Below are positions 47,884 to 49,209 of a stretch of 49,209 nucleotides of DNA, piece by piece. The stretch lies in contig CAJINV010000006.1 of the NCBI GenBank assembly GCA_905178155.1, positions 1 to 49,209 on the forward strand, written 5' to 3'. The position numbers and the translations under genes were made by a program. The notes under the pieces are model-generated. The model was not told where the DNA came from. It saw only the letters and a program-made list of their open reading frames with translations, and ran no database searches. How positions within the stretch are numbered: the stretch's first letter is position 1; the number at the start of each line of letters is the position of its first letter. The stretch comes from Amoebophrya sp. A120. Lineage: Eukaryota > Protista > Dinoflagellata.

Positions 47884-48150
47884 TATCAAATGCAAATATG
47901 TCTGGGTCTGGAAAAGTGCAACGTTTGTCATGCACGTTTTGCATGACGCGTGAGGTCTGTGATGCATGCCATAGCATCACAGATTCTGTGAGATCTTTTC
48001 CATGCCTTTTCCGCATAAGAAACCGTCTCTCGGCTTTCTCAAAAGTGAACAGCTTTTGTTGGTAATCATGCAACACAGATTTTTGTATGATTCAGAACTA
48101 GCATGACAAGTCGCACTCTTCCAGACATCCAGGGATATTTGCAACGCATA
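47884..48150. mobile_element. Introner, family A
   Basis: Family A TIRs; perfect TSD cggat. Confidence 0.92.
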
Positions 48151-49209
48151 CGGATTTCGTGTACTTTCAAGTCCACGGATGCATTTCGCTCACTTTCGCT
48201 TACTTTCGCGTGGACTAGCTTGTCAAAGGATCCGTGGTAGCATCTGGTTTTGCAGGGTTTGGAGTTGTTGGAACGCGTCCCGCCCTGTTTTGCTCCACAC
48301 GCCATAGCGGCTCAGCGCGCCACTGGCCTGAAGGGCGGTCAGCTTGCTCCGCAACTCGATCACCTCAGGGTCGGTTGTGTACTTGGACAACCGGTCAGCT
48401 GCGGCGGTCACTGGGCTGGTTGCGGCGGAGGTCTTCACTGGGCTCTTGTCCTGGTGGTTAATGATCTCCCCTGCGCTGCTGCGCGCGGTGCCATAGGGGG
48501 CAGTTGACAGGAGGACTACATGCGACACTTGGATTTTGTGCTTCAGCTGCAGCATATCGTCGGAAGAAGCCCCCCCCTGCTCCCGATACTGAAAGGTCTG
48601 CGATGCTGATTTGTGGCCACGAATAAGCTCTGTCTTTTGCAAGCAGGCAAATCCGGAGGCTCCGCCACATTATAGTACAGGCGTTTTGTAATAAAACGCT
48701 GCAAGGCCTACGCCGAAGACGTCTGCCATGCTAGGCGCCTACAGGAAAAAGTTCTACTTAGGCTTATAGTATCTGTGCCTGCAGTGGTCCCCTACTGCAA
48801 GTGACAAGGCTGATTTGATGTGTACAAAAATCCCGCGTTCCCAGGTTTCGGTTTGAATATGGGGACGAGCATAGCCCCCTCGAAGAAGCTATTGCACGAG
48901 ATCCAGGTCTATCAAATGTAAAAATGTCTGGGTCTGGAAAAGTGGAGCTTGTAATGCGTGTCATGCATTCCTGGAAAATTTTATTTCACGTTGATAACAG
49001 ATATGTTGGAAAAAAAAAAATCTCAAGGAAATTCTACCGACGGCCTAAGGAGATTCTCCCTCAAGGAGATTCTCTCCCTGCCGTACGAAGGAAAAGAGTA
49101 CTGCGTGTAGTATGACCTAGGTTCCAGCAATTATTAGGCGAGGACTCTTCATGACGACACGAAACGCAAAAGCTCAGACTCGGCCACCTCAGTTCTGTGG
49201 CTCGCACAG

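Larger units (their letters stand above)
46664..48554 (-). pseudogene. Tandemly duplicated coding module (RLSKYTTDP..QNQMLPLY) with frameshifts
   Basis: The module occurs at 48241-48520 and 46680-47470. There is an 8-bp deletion at ~48240 relative to other copies, and a frame change near 47.5 kb. Confidence 0.55.

Noticed and set aside
6615-49115. Many ORFs containing PDPDIF / KMSGSG / CLGLE / FQTQT motifs
   Set aside because: These are translations of the family A TIR, not a protein family.

Overview
This is eukaryotic genomic DNA with one N-gap (39524-40165). Its dominant feature is about 50 dispersed 196-346 bp elements in at least 7 sequence families. Nearly all start TAT and end ATA, carry terminal inverted repeats (TIRs) and are flanked by a 5-bp direct repeat (TSD), perfect in about half. 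Removing each element plus one TSD copy joins the short ORF fragments into long minus-strand reading frames. These give a RING-H2 protein, a parallel beta-helix protein, an alpha/beta-hydrolase C-terminus and several unknown proteins. The elements therefore behave as non-GT-AG, MITE-like introns ('introners'). The architecture and the all-one-strand gene order resemble what I recall for the parasitic dinoflagellate relative Amoebophrya; this is inference, not verified. Less familiar aspects are that one family is removed in either orientation, the families share a repeated and apparently helically phased GCATNACA motif, and empty and filled sites both occur in the window. The window also holds GC-rich satellites (104, 190 and 90/94 bp), two of which carry palindromes and break at the palindrome axis, and a 2242-bp tandem amplification. 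All splicing was done by hand, so boundaries may be off by a few nt.
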